The notes beneath the pieces are model-generated. The model was not told the DNA's origin, searched no databases, and worked only from the letters and a program-made list of their open reading frames with translations. The position numbers were made by a program, and so were the translations under genes. A stretch of 64,000 nt of DNA from assembly GCA_051294905.1 (NCBI GenBank), contig CM119371.1:10666001-10730000 (forward strand), given 5' to 3'. Source of the stretch: Botryllus schlosseri. Its lineage: Eukaryota. This document shows positions 27,901 to 38,779 of this stretch, piece by piece (position 1 is the stretch's first letter; each line of letters begins with the position of its first letter).

Positions 27901-30900
27901 CTCGTAAATGAGCTGATACTAGTCGTGACGAAATTTCAATCCGGTTACCAACACCATATTATTATTAAGCATTTTATGCAGGGTATAGATATTTCATTTA
28001 CTATAACACTTGAAATAACTGCATAACACATCACCTACATACTAGAAAACATCTTTTGTTACAATGTCCATGTCTATGCGAATTCCTATCTTAAGATTTA
28101 CCTATGTTTGATAGAGTTGACATACGTCCTTCTTTTTCAGGATTTTGAAAATGTCCTCCTTCTTGGGAATTCGTCCTCCTTTACAGCTTTTAGAGCTAAG
28201 ATAGCGGATATATTTGAATGAAAATGGTCATAAATGGGAAATTCGTGGTTCGAACAAATACAAAGACCTTTTTTTAGTCAACTAACCACAAAGTCGGGAA
28301 AAATTAACCAATTTTTCTGGATTTTACTCCAGTATTCTAATTTTGAAAAATTGTCCTCCTTTCGCGATTCCAAAATATGGTAACCCTCATGTTTGAGCCA
28401 TTCGATAGATGTACTATGTGCATCTATTTTTGTTGCAATTTATGAAATTGTGCTGTGCTATTATGACCAATCGAATAACTGTGTCTAATCGTTGATGTTT
28501 CTTGTCCCGTAACAAAAAGATCATTCTCATATATTATTACTTCGAGCGCTCTTGTTCTCTCTTAATGATAATAACAGCACTGCAGTTGGATGGTAGAGCA
28601 GGGAATTGACATGACGTTGAGCATCGGAATCATCTTTTAACAATCCGTCCAGGTTCTGCACATCTATGTTGACGCTCACACACAGTTTCTATTAATTTAT
28701 TAGGCTATGTCGTACAAGCATGTATGCCTCCGACGCGAAAATGCTTAGCAGCTAGTGGGTACTTTGATGAATGTGCATCGTCAAAAGTTATATTACATCC
28801 TAGTATGCACCACTGCCTCAATATGCTCACGAAATCAAATAAAACTCAACCAATTGGGGAAAATCAGTGAAATATTACACCAGCAAGGTCGATTGCAACA
28901 CTCCACAAAAGTCGGCATAACCCAATCTCATACCTCCGCTTAAGCATATCCCGCGACGGACTGATTCCGCCGGGAACCTATCTTATAGCGTCAAGGGGCG
29001 TGGTACTTTCTAATCATTGTATAGGCTATATATTATTGCACAAACTAACCGAGAGTTGTTATACAAAATGAAGATGAAGATACTTAACAATATTTTGTTC
29101 AGATTGCAACGAATAGGCTAGTATATCTTAGTTTGGCCATCAATTGCACATTTGAAAAGACATCTCCTTTCCCTCGTTTTGATTTTTACTATCGTGCACT
29201 TGAACCCCTATCTTCCCGTTAAGTTGTTGTATTGTGTTCAAGAACGTAGCTACTAGTGCTTGGACGGCCTGGTCTTTGTAAGAACCATGCAGCACGCCTA
29301 TTTAAAATACAGCGTATGTTCACGGGGTGAAAAATGTTTGCTGGCGGAATTCGTTTTCAAAAGATGACACAAAGGTTTCGTAGGCCACAGCTCGTCGAAA
29401 GGGTGAAAAATCCATATGTTTGTGGTGAGGCTTCTGCCTGGTGGCTTGGAAAATAATCTCCAAAATTATGAAGAAGAGTAGGCGCATTGAAGCTCAACAC
29501 CTATGATGCGTTGCTACAACTTTTTTGCTAATTTCCCATTTTATGTTTCGCCAGTAAATGAAAAGAGCAAAGAAAGTAACAACGCCCTGTTTTCGGCTCT
29601 TTAGCTCAATCTAACTCGAAAATTTATAAAAGTTCAATAACCTTAAAGCAGCTTCTTGCACCACGACACGGCATCTCGTGACCCGAGTCTCGCTCATGAA
29701 AAATAGTGCATTTTTAAATTACAGTAGTATGCCTCGATTTTACAGACATGTATGGCATATAGAACGCGCACACCAAAATTGTATCCAACACAGCTATACG
29801 AAGCATGTTTGCCGCAAGCGATTTCGAATCGGGGTGATTTAAATTCTTTTGCTCGTTGCATTTGTGCCACTGTCCACAACGGGACTATTCGGTGCCGACT
29901 GCCGACCATTTCGACAACGGGGCATCCATATCAAAAGTGACGTTCATTCTGTTACAAGGTTCTGTCGTCACTGATCCTTTTTGCACCGCATTTTATCAGC
30001 GGTATGTTGTCCAAAACTATACGTCTTCATGTGCCCCGACGCAGAAAGGGTTAGCCTCGAAATGAATGCGTCTCATAGGCCCGAAATCATTTGTTACACA
30101 CCCCTATACTAGATCATGTCAACGGTTTTCGACAATGTTTTCTAGAGAAATCAGCCGGATAATTCCTATAAATTCAAACTAATTTGCGTAATACAAAGGT
30201 CGGAATGTTCTCATGATTAAGCCATATTTTGTTGCATTTCTGGCTTATTGGCTATTGCATCCGACACGGTGACTTTCGATGTCTGAAAACTATCCAAAGA
30301 ATATTTTTGGCAATAAATTCTACAAATATTACAAACATATTAACAGACCGCTCTGGTGCCGTGGTGACTCAAAATTATACCCTTTGCGACCCGTACTTGA
30401 ATGACCGTCAAAGAGGTAAAAATTTGTGTTACGGTCACTTGCAAATGTGAGTCTGTAATGATAGCATTTACTACTATCCTCGTGCCTCGAGCTAATCGAA
30501 CTGTTATTACGGATATATGGTGATTGTCCAGAGAAAGAAAACAGAATGTCAATTTGACGTAATGTTTCCAGCGTGTCGCAGGCTCTGACATGCTGGTTCA
30601 CTGTATGCATGCCACTACGCACGCTTTTAAACAGTGTACAAATGCATGCAAATATTGTACAGTGCGCAAATATTTTTAATTCACTACGGCTGGTGAAAGA
30701 CTGTTAGTGGTGCGTCGCCAGTCGAATCAATTTTTACAATTGCGTCGCAACTACAAAAATTAGGGAGCCACTGCACTTGAATTTCTTATTTATTTATTTT
30801 AAATATTCCACGTCACAAAAAGTAACAATTATTTACGACTGTCATCCGCATTCATCTGGATTTTCATCGGTACCATATGTACCACCTTCGTCATCCGCAC

Positions 30901-32702
30901 TGCAATAACTTTTTCATTCGCACATCTGTTCCATGTCACAGGTTGAATAGCACTGGACCAGGGGATTGAACTGGCAACCGTAGTTGTGGTGTTCTGACTC
31001 CGTGTATATATACTGTATGTATTCATGTTGCAAGTGTGCCAGTTCCCCACCAAAAACCCTGGATGATCGCACCCTCCAACAAAAAATCAGGGAAAGCAGC
31101 GACGTAGACCTAGATCAATATAACTTCGTCACTCTGCCTAATAATGTAATTAAACCATTTGGGTATATATCTTATTACCTGATTAGCGTGTCCCCTGTGC
31201 AGTAATCGTTACGTTGGAAAGGTAAAACGGCTATATCTGTGAAAAGTTGCATGTCTTGGGAGCATGCTGTGATGCAAAAAAAAACTGGACATTATAAAAG
31301 AAAACTGGCAGTATTTTTGTTTTTAGAACACCACAGTTAGCCCAGATCAAGTGTAAAATCAAAGGCAAGAGAATTTTCTTTGAAACTTGTTCCTCTGTGT
31401 AACAGACGTGACGTTCGAAATACCACGTATTTTTTAATTTGAAATCAGTACTCGATATAGGCTATATATAGCTGGTATTGGTCGCAGAAACTTAAAGGAT
31501 TGATATTTCAGACGAACAAATATATATTTTGCCAGAATGGAGGTATGCAGACCCATTGGTAGTACCAGTTACATTTGACAAGGGAAGTGAAGAATCGGCT
31601 TTTAAGAGTGCACCGAAAAATATGACCAAATACATTGAATCGGGAAACTTGCAATTTACTTCACATAATAACTATGGATTTCCGAATGCTATATGTCCGG
31701 GAGTAAGGTAGGTCTGCTCGCATTGTTACGGAAGATACTTGAAATATAAGGACTTGATTTTAGGTCGATTCATGTTGGAAAGATGGTATCAGCTAAGACG
31801 CGTTTCTTAATACATTGCAGTGACGGGCCAAGTGAAAATTGCAGTATCTCTAAAATATGCCCGAGAAATGATCCCTCCATCGAAAATGAGGATTGACAAG
31901 ATAGTATAATACATCAAATACTCAAAATTCAAAGAGTCGATCTTTAATCAATTCTTATAACGTCTTATTCGCCGAAATGGGTCTTTTCATTATCGACCGG
32001 GTTTCACAAATCATTTTGACATGTTATACGGAAATAAAAACGGATTCTGGATCTACCCCATAATAACAGTAAAAGTCTGACAGTCGGTGTTGCTCCAAAC
32101 CATCGATCGATTTAATTCTCTTTCTCTGATATTCCTAAACCGCTATCAACAGAGCAATATGAAGCACGCGGGCCACGGGTCCCCGATCCTTTTTCTGGAA
32201 AAGACCTGATACTATACACACCTCGTAGTGTCAATCACATTCAAATAAATCGCGATTTAATTTTGCCTACATCGAAATGAAATACATTTTCATTAACGTT
32301 TGCAGCGTGAGCAGCATGTCGCCCGAATATGTCTGCGTAGGCGGAATTTCCAAGGATATCAGTGCGAATGGCACGTGCGGAGATTTTGCAGGTCAGTCTG
32401 TTTTACTTGTAAATGAAGCAAATTCGTAAACTTGATGTATTACGCCGTGATTAAATTAGATGATAATTTCTGATAATTAGGTTGGGGTGGGAGATCGGAA
32501 GGTGCCGAAGTTGACAGAGGTTTGTCTATGATTTCTACAAACAATACAGTATTGTGATTCGCTGTCCCTTCTCATAATTTCAGGTATAAGGACTCGTCGG
32601 TTTTCCTGCTACCTAGGCAGGAGATATGATCTACCGGTTGCCAATGGATTCAACCATTCTTCGTCGGATTTGTCATCGACTATTCTGATATTCTATCGTT
32701 GA
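12795..32702 (+). CDS. ITLN: Intelectin-family gene 1, 3' portion (12 exons, 445 aa; 5' exons outside window) with a 252-aa inserted domain
   Basis: Exons 12795-12960, 17820-17968, 20777-20832, 23638-23743, 23804-23959, 24629-24756, 24822-24913, 30347-30415, 31536-31707, 32306-32391, 32481-32519, 32584-32702. All introns are GT-AG with compatible phases and no internal stop. Intelectin motifs: D.MLWH.P, LRYRT..FL..YG.NL, VPV.FD.G, QF...NN...NAICPG, CVGG, CGDFAG, terminal LIFYR*. Confidence 0.88.
13313..13666 (-). pseudogene. Possible decayed Mutator (MULE) transposase fragment
   Basis: EIFSRNDNLYPGICYLFHMRAWGRVGM...SFLRPHVV loosely resembles the MULE F...GC.FH..A..R....G and AFLP..V region. 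Confidence 0.3.
14275..16222. mobile_element. DNA transposon relic with ~100-bp TIRs (superfamily unassigned)
   Basis: aaaatgctgcgttgtaatgtcttattctatg...gcctgcaaaaacctcacagaaaagccgttat (14280-14372) is the diverged reverse complement of 16129-16217. Confidence 0.7.
14539..14965. mobile_element. hAT MITE with AATCC repeats
   Basis: TIR cagagatgagc / gctcatctctg; perfect TSD CTGACTAG. Confidence 0.9.
16259..16595. mobile_element. hAT MITE, TAGGGTTGCA family (copy 1)
   Basis: tagagttgcattt...tttaacccta; TSD catgtcac/cctgtcac; body similar to 20891 and 33075. Confidence 0.8.
17820..17968 (+). CDS. Intelectin gene 1 insert exon 1
   Basis: ttctag|GFRDGTTTMKSLLSSLIRIKYHIKGWYDYSILHGKTRISDEKLLPGDNNI|gtgagt; phase 1 to 0. 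Confidence 0.8.
18195..18447 (-). pseudogene. Decayed 28S (LSU) rRNA fragment
   Basis: aagaaaagataaact...ccttagtatcgaccgacccgttttcaactgctgttcacatggaa...ccacttc...ccttcaaaactctaatttgaatatttgatactgccatcaa matches, with substitutions, the antisense of a conserved eukaryotic 28S segment (ttcaactgctgttcacatggaaccct...tttgaatatttgctactaccaccaag). Confidence 0.8.
20136..20666 (-). pseudogene. Decayed hAT transposase C-terminus with a nearby hAT-type end
   Basis: CQPTTAAVQRNFSILGKLHSKDRHFLPDNV resembles the hAT dimerisation motif (PTSA.VERSFS.L); ttggtgacccctg end at ~20666. Confidence 0.65.
20777..20832 (+). CDS. Intelectin gene 1 insert exon 2
   Basis: ttcag|VAFISEMETSFAEYGIDH-CG|gtaagt; phase 0 to 2, needed to bridge the flanking exons. 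Confidence 0.78.
20891..21314. mobile_element. hAT MITE, TAGGGTTGCA family (copy 2)
   Basis: TIR tagggttgca / tgcaacccta; TSD ccgattac/cctattac. Confidence 0.85.
21648..23223 (-). mobile_element. Internally deleted hAT Buster/Charlie element with transposase remnants
   Basis: TIR cagggtcggcaacct / aggttgccgacccttg; perfect TSD ACCTATAC; minus-strand SLIHQKTFYAKTTNLNSVLDTMVKV resembles the CxIHQEALCAK..L..V...VVK region. Confidence 0.88.
23638..23743 (+). CDS. Intelectin gene 1 insert exon 3
   Basis: ttgtcag|RNDHLQFHGFNEATTPYVYLNVIGNDLQRSKYFRIQ|gtggat; phase 2 to 0. Confidence 0.8.
23804..23959 (+). CDS. Intelectin gene 1 insert exon 4
   Basis: ttacag|VTSHRTIPNPTVTKFENTSASGDFYLHYHAIQFGNLSMPTECRFYFYVSNEK|gtatga; phase 0 to 0. 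Confidence 0.82.
24629..24756 (+). CDS. Intelectin gene 1 insert exon 5
   Basis: tttcag|DWRSTPPTVFNQSYETITSTRHTTYSIEGVPRRVLFGYLLLF-AG|gtagtt; phase 0 to 2. Confidence 0.82.
24822..24913 (+). CDS. Intelectin gene 1 insert exon 6
   Basis: gtacag|RNTGKNYTSVELDEVAAFLVKAVAKFPRLME-G|gtaagg; phase 2 to 1. Confidence 0.82.
24960..25860 (-). mobile_element. Decayed LTR retrotransposon (Gypsy-like) 3' end
   Basis: Minus strand: polypurine tract agaggggaaga just before TGTGGA (25056) ... GTTACA (24960), a short TG..CA LTR. Upstream FIPAFYMSNLLTER resembles integrase PYHPxSNGLAER. Confidence 0.5.
26967..27130 (-). mobile_element. Diverged copy of the right end of the 7371-12562 hAT family
   Basis: tagtgttgggatcaggacattatcttcgagtca matches the reverse complement of ~12530-12562 (cagtgttgggatcaagtcactaccttcgagtca). 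Confidence 0.65.
28112..28388. mobile_element. hAT Blackjack-like MITE
   Basis: tagagttgacatacgtcc...atatggtaaccctc; perfect TSD ATGTTTGA. Confidence 0.85.
30347..30415 (+). CDS. Intelectin gene 1 insert exon 7 (symmetric phase 1-1)
   Basis: taacag|DRSGAVVTQNYTLCDPYLNDRQR-G|gtaaaa; open and in phase, but not required to keep the frame. Confidence 0.6.
31536..31707 (+). CDS. ITLN: Intelectin gene 1 exon (intelectin-specific domain)
   Basis: ttgccag|EWRYADPLVVPVTFDKGSEESAFKSAPKNMTKYIESGNLQFTSHNNYGFPNAICPGV-AG|gtaggt. Confidence 0.93.
32306..32391 (+). CDS. ITLN: Intelectin gene 1 exon (carbohydrate-binding region)
   Basis: ttgcag|SVSSMSPEYVCVGGISKDISANGTCGDFA-G|gtcagt. Confidence 0.93.
32481..32519 (+). 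CDS. ITLN: Intelectin gene 1 39-nt exon
   Basis: attag|GWGGRSEGAEVDR-G|gtttgt; supplies the Trp that follows CGDFxG. Confidence 0.8.
32584..32702 (+). CDS. ITLN: Intelectin gene 1 terminal exon (alternative in-frame acceptor at 32617)
   Basis: tttcag|GIRTRRFSCYLGRRYDLPVANGFNHSSSDLSSTILIFYR*; the xxFYR-stop terminus is typical of intelectins. Confidence 0.9.
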
Positions 32703-33074
32703 GAATGGATGGATCACTTTTCCCGATAGCCCGCTATATTACGCAAAGCTACCTGGAATTTTTGCCGGCTTCATCTTTCATCGTGACTATTATTCCTTGG
32801 AAATAACATGATTCGGTGACATGTCTAAAATACTTCTAATTCCGAAACAACACAACAAAATTCCGCATGGGTTAGGAAGGTGTGTCTACCTTGAAGTATG
32901 TTGCCCGTCTGTTCAAATATAGGGGAACATGATTCATTGATTCCAAATTTTCTGTACAACCGTCCACAGGAGGCATAGCAAACATATAAATCGCAATGCA
33001 ATGCTGAGTGGATTTTTCGAAGAAATAAAAAATTAGTCATTACTTCATTGTCACAGTCGGTGATGCCTTTGGAT

Positions 33075-33516
33075 TAGGGTTGCATTTCAAACAAAAATTT
33101 AAAACAAACATGTTTGAAACAGGGCCCTTGTTTGAAACATGTTTTTATTGTTTTTTTTAGCCAAGACGTCACGAATATTCAATTGTGACATCATAGTGGA
33201 TTGACATTGACAATTTATAATATACAGGTAAATATAGCTCCGTTGACGAAATATCTGTACTGTTGCTGCTGAACCGACTATTTTGAGGGTTCCAACCATC
33301 CCATATCGAAATACGTCCGGTATATCGGATGGCAATTTTCCGTAGGTACATACAACATGTTTTTTGGAAAGTATTTACTCAATTATGGCATAATTTCACA
33401 ATTTAAAAAACAACAATCTTTTTTACTTCTTCAAAAAGGCTTTTGTCTAAAACACTGTCCAAAACATGTTGTAAACAAAGCGTTTTCAAACACTGTTTGT
33501 TTTAAATACAACCCTA
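33075..33516. mobile_element. hAT MITE, TAGGGTTGCA family (copy 3)
   Basis: TIR tagggttgcattt / aaatacaacccta; perfect TSD CTTTGGAT. Confidence 0.9.
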
Positions 33517-33546
33517 CTTTGGATACATTTTTTCTAGTATAGTATT

Positions 33547-34028
33547 TAGGGCTGGGCAAAATCGAGTACCTGAGTGATTCGATTCTGAATCACGTAATAT
33601 GCTTCGAGTCGAGTAATCGAGTATCACTCATTATGACGTCATAACAGAATGCAATATGTCAACAAAGAATATAATGCCTGTTATCCATCACATTAAGGAG
33701 ACTTTGGTATTTTTCGACCCTGTTGATTTCATTGCACTTGGCGACAATGTTGTGGGATGATCATGGCTTCGGGAATGTGCCATTCCCAGTAACGTTCTTA
33801 GGTTTGTACTACAGGTTTCGTAAGGTACGATAGGGCCAATCAAGGTTTCAAGGCTTCAACAGTGAAAATTAGTATCGAAACTATATTTATTGTCGATAAA
33901 TTTACTTTCAGTGGCGACGAACGTCTAATTTCAGTACTCGAAGAAATGGTATTTGACTACTCGACTCGAATCATTAAAATTAATACTCGATTCAGATTCG
34001 AGTACTCGAATCATTGTGCCCAGCCCTA
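33547..34028. mobile_element. hAT MITE (TAGGGCTGGGCA ends)
   Basis: TIR tagggctgggca / tgcccagcccta; perfect TSD ATAGTATT; tcgagta/tactcga subterminal repeats. Confidence 0.9.
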
Positions 34029-34192
34029 ATAGTATTCTCGGTTCGTGTTTACAGTCTGCTCCTGAACTTCGTTGTTATTTCTTTGTGTTCATCAATTGAT
34101 ATTTATTGTTTACGCTATGCCTTATCCGCATTAGTGTGACCATGCCTTCCTCGTTGTTTTTCGCCATTTCGCACGATCCCTATTCTCTAGAG

Positions 34193-34784
34193 CAGTGGTT
34201 CCCAACCTGGAGTCAACGAACCCCCTGGCGGAGCGTAAGAAATTATTTTGGTGTCCGTGAATACGTTGATGAATTTATGATAAAACGATAAAGGATGCAA
34301 GCGATACGCGGCTACCAACTGTACCGCTATGCATGAAGATAAATTGATGCTGTTGCCTGCAGTGTCCACATTGAACTGAAACTACAATACAATATTCCAA
34401 CGCATGTCGAACACATTCAACTCATCATTACCCTGTCTATTGCGCAATATAACGCACGCGGATTAGTTCAGGAAATGATATAACAGCCCTTTATTCAAAT
34501 TTGCCTACATTGACTAAGTTTCGGCGCGCTACTTTTGGTCCCCTTTTTAAAACACTTTATTTTAGTATTATGTTATTCAATTAAATGACAGTGGTGTGTT
34601 AAACTTTTGTTCATTCGTTCGGTCGAACGACAACTTGATACAGTACAGTATAGTGCAGTAGCATAATTATTACAATAGTCAATAGTATGTTATTTCATTA
34701 ACAGGAGAAATTTAGGCAAGGTTCCGCAGAATGAATACTTTGTGTAAAGGGGTCTGTGACAACAAAAAGGGTTGGGAAACGCTC
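34193..34784. mobile_element. hAT Buster-type MITE
   Basis: cagtggttcccaacc ... ggttgggaaacgctc; TSD ctctagag/ctctagaa. Confidence 0.8.
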
Positions 34785-36119
34785 CTCTAGAAGGACGAGA
34801 AGGGCGTAATTTCAGTATTTTTCAGTATAACGAATAAACCACCGCAATGTGGCGACTACCGCACTCGACGACTGTCGGAACTATATGTTGTTAGCGAGAC
34901 TCCCCATTATTAACCCGAACGATCGGATATCTGCAATCCATTGCAGGCAGGTGTTATAATCTCTGTAAAATTTACGGGCTGATTCGTGTAATTTGCAGTA
35001 AATCCCATTGTAATATTGCATTCTGCGCTAATTTGCAAAATACAGCAACGTGATATTCACGCCATTGTGTTAGCTTGCCGCTCCAGGATGCTGTCCGTTG
35101 CAAACATTTCCAGTTTCCGTTACGTCACATGGCACATTTAATTACACGATGACGCAACAGGATTTCTTACTATCGATCTATCAAACATGAAAACCCCCGG
35201 AGTCAATGTATATGCTGGTAGATCAATGCATGAAACAATCGGATATTGTTAGCAATTACATACTTAAGACCGATTTGTTAACATGGCGTGGCAAAGAATG
35301 TCAAACGTTTCCAGAAATTTAGGTTTTACAATATCACGTAATATTTGAAAGACCGCAACCGCCGTTCCATCAACCCGTCGGTAGGGGTGAAAGTCCGCGG
35401 GCGACCCAAAGTTATTTTGTAACTCAGCCAAGTAGAATATTTTCGCGCGGATTTTTCTACATTAAATTTCTCTTCGCAATTCATAAGATTTGGTGTCACT
35501 AGATTTCTTGATTTTAATATGGGGAGACCCACAACAAAAATAAAAATATTAGTAAAATATATCTCAAAATAGTACGCATAATTTAAAGTGAGTCTAGCTC
35601 AGGTGTTCTCAGCCGTCTTTTGGCCGTGGCCCATTTTCGGGTTCGAAAATGTACTGTGGCTCACTTCTTATCATAGAGTTATAGTCCTATTCAATGTGTG
35701 ATATTCGCCGCCGCCGAAATGCCTATTTCTCTAAAATATGCACATTTTCTCTTACTAGTCATATTTAAATGTAAGCCTATCGCGCGAAGAAATTTTTCAA
35801 GTTGAATAAATCTCCTCCAACAACCAACCAACGGGATATGTTCGCCCCCTCGAGCTTTCCCCAATTGGGGGGTTGGGGTGCGACAGTTACGGCCCTGGAA
35901 CATCGTATACCTCTTGTGTATTTCCTCTCTTCCACTCATGTCAAGAAACCTAATGATCCAATCCCCTCATCCACTTTGTGATTAGGGTTTAGTTCCACTA
36001 TGGTGGGGAATAATATAACCATTCTGGGTCCGCTTCAAACAATTCTTTGGTGAATGGGATACTAAAGAGAAGTGGTGGAGGAATTTTTTAATATACTAAG
36101 CTAGTTGTACAATGTACAT

Positions 36120-36783
36120 TAGGGCTCTTCAAATATGACTTTTTTTCTCAAATCGCACTGGCTACTTGATAAAATTGTTAGGTTACCTAATTTAAGCCTA
36201 CACACCAAATTTGGTTCAATTCCAACCAGTAGCCGCCTTGCTACAGAATAAGAAAGTTTATATTTATTATATAAAAATAAATAGCAAAAACTTTGAACAT
36301 TTTCTGTTCACCCCGTGAAAGTGTTAGGTTGTCTATCGAAACGATGTTCACCAAATTTGGTTCAAATCCAACCAGTGAAAGCGGAGTTATCGCCGTCGAA
36401 AAATTTGGATTATCAATAAAATAGTATTTACGGTGACCAATTCTTTAATTATTTATTACTGTGGTGCCCACCGTAATTACTATTTTATTCGAATCCAAAT
36501 TTTTCGACGGCAATAACGCCGCTTGCACTGGTTGGAATTGAACCAAATTTGGTGAACATCGTTTCTGTAGACAACCTAACACTTTCATGGGATGAACAGA
36601 AAATTTTCAAATTTTATGTTATTTATTTTTATATAATAAATAGAAACTTTTTTCTCCTGTAGCAATGCGGCTACTGGTTGGAATTGAACCAAATTTTGTG
36701 TGTAGGCTTAAATTAGGCAACCTAACAATTTTATCAAGTAGCCAGTGCGATTTGAGAAAAAAAGTCATTTTTGAAGAGCCCTA
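36120..36783. mobile_element. Foldback element: almost entirely one inverted repeat
   Basis: Arms ~36120-36437 and ~36469-36783 are near-perfect reverse complements; flanked on both sides by ATGTACAT. Confidence 0.92.
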
Positions 36784-38259
36784 ATGTACATAGTATGTTT
36801 TATACAGATTGAAGTTGCGATGTCATGACATTAAATCCAATGATACAATCAATTGATGTTACTCTTACAATATGTACAATACCTTCAAGGCCGGACAATT
36901 TAAAACCGACTCCAAAGATTAATGTGCTGCGTTAAATTCTCAGCCGATTACGATTCCTTGCGGTGGTGCCGTATAGTTCCACAGGAAGTTGATAGCTTAT
37001 CAATAATATGCAATTGTGACTATTTGTATGTTACAATAATGCGACCTGCCTAAGTACCGTAAATATACATCAAATGAATTTCAGTACGTTTTTATTGCAC
37101 ATTGCACACCATTTTCAAGGCTAAGCCGAAAGACTTGGTTACTTCAGCATTAACTTCCAGATATTATATAATTGAAATTATTTTCGTTGCTGTTGACCGT
37201 ACTTTGTCATAGCCGGTGGACAAATTCCGCCGTTTTCCCTCCCATTTTCGACTTGTACATTGTGAGTCCATATGTGCCACTACCTCTCATCATAGTCGGA
37301 TGAAAAGCTTTTTACAGCCTACGTGTAATTCGATAATATGAATATATTTTCGAGTACATGAATATAAGAATATATATAACTAAACTTTCACTAATTCTAA
37401 AATGTTCCGAATAGCTCTGTGGCCCACCTCATATTACTCCTATAGTCCACCACCTACACCAGGGCGGGCAACTTCTCCAGTCGGTGGGCCGGAAGTAGAA
37501 AAATTAGGAACTTGGCGGGCCGGATAGCTGAATCGATACAATATTTGCCCATTTATCCACATATAGGCTAAACAAGGAATAAATCGCATGCAATGAATGT
37601 ATTGTAACGACAGCAATGTCATTTCAAAGCCATTTCTCGCCGACAATGATGAAGACAATGGGGATTTGAGAACACCATTGTCATACAGGGGCCGCGATGT
37701 CTGCTTCTCTCTGATCAATCAACACATGGTGCAATCCTTAATTAGGGTTTCAAGGCGTTTGATAAGCCCGGCACTCCAAATTTACCAAAATATCAATTAA
37801 TTAGGGCTGAGTACATCGCAAATACCGAAAATGCTAGTCATCTCGCTACTATGAACTTATGAGTAAGCTCCACTCTCGCACGCATTCTCGGTAATGTCCA
37901 TTCTCGGTAATGGCTTTCTCGGTATTGGTATAGAACCCCCGCGGCCCTAGTCTGCCGAGATTCCCCACTACTTGCTTACTACGTCAAATTTTAGTGACTG
38001 TATGTTATTATTTGCGTGTGTGCGCAGCGTGAGAGAGTGGAGTTTACGCCTAAGTCAGTAGAAGCAAGAAGACTTGCATTATCGACATTAACGGTTCTAT
38101 AACAATACCGAGAAAACCATTACCGAGAATGGACATTACCGAGAACGGCCAATGCCAAGAATCTAACTTACTGACGAGGCGTTGTCGAGAAGATTATCTC
38201 TGAGAATGGACACCGAATTTGGCTAAGCCGTCATACAGATGCACACGACCTGTATATAT

Positions 38260-38605
38260 TGGGGTTACCATATTTTGGAACCGGGAAGGGAGGCCACTTT
38301 TTCAAAATTTTCAAACTTAGAGCACCGGAGCTAAATCCTGAAAAAATTGTTAATTTTTCGTACTGCTAGGTCGGTTGACTAAAAAGGGTCAACTTTCCGG
38401 CTCAGCTCTCGAAATACCCGCCGGAGCGTTATTTCGGTGCTGATTTACGGTATCTCAGTCGAATTTGGCCATAAATTTGACAAAAATTCTCAAAAAAGAG
38501 GACAAAATCCCAAAAAGGAGGACACTTCGGCGTCTTCGGAGGACATTTTTAAAAATCTGAAAAATTAGGGCAAATCGTCCTAAAGGAAGACGTATGGTAA
38601 CCCTA
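38260..38605. mobile_element. hAT Blackjack-like MITE
   Basis: tggggttaccata / tatggtaacccta; perfect TSD GTATATAT. Confidence 0.9.
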
Positions 38606-38641
38606 GTATATATGCATAACATGACTGCTTTGCATACATTG

Positions 38642-38779
38642 CATTCTCGGTAATGTCATTTCTCGGTGGTGTCCATTCTCGGTGGTGTCCATTCTCGGTG
38701 GTGTCCATTCTCGGTGGTGTCCATTCTCGGTAATGGCTTTCTCGGTAATGGTTTTCTCGGTAATAATTTTCTCGGTATT
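38642..38779. repeat. 16-bp tandem minisatellite (gtccattctcggtggt and variants), ~9 units
   Basis: Directly adjacent units without spacers; related shorter arrays at 37883-37927 and, inverted, at 38104-38146. Confidence 0.9.

Noticed and set aside
12961..31535. Single 18.6-kb intron giving a canonical intelectin
   Set aside because: Phase-compatible, but a chain of seven phase-matched open exons lies inside it, which is unlikely by chance. Kept only as a possible isoform.
38642..38779. CRISPR-like regular repeats
   Set aside because: Units are contiguous with no unique spacers, there are no cas genes, and the context is eukaryotic; it is a minisatellite.
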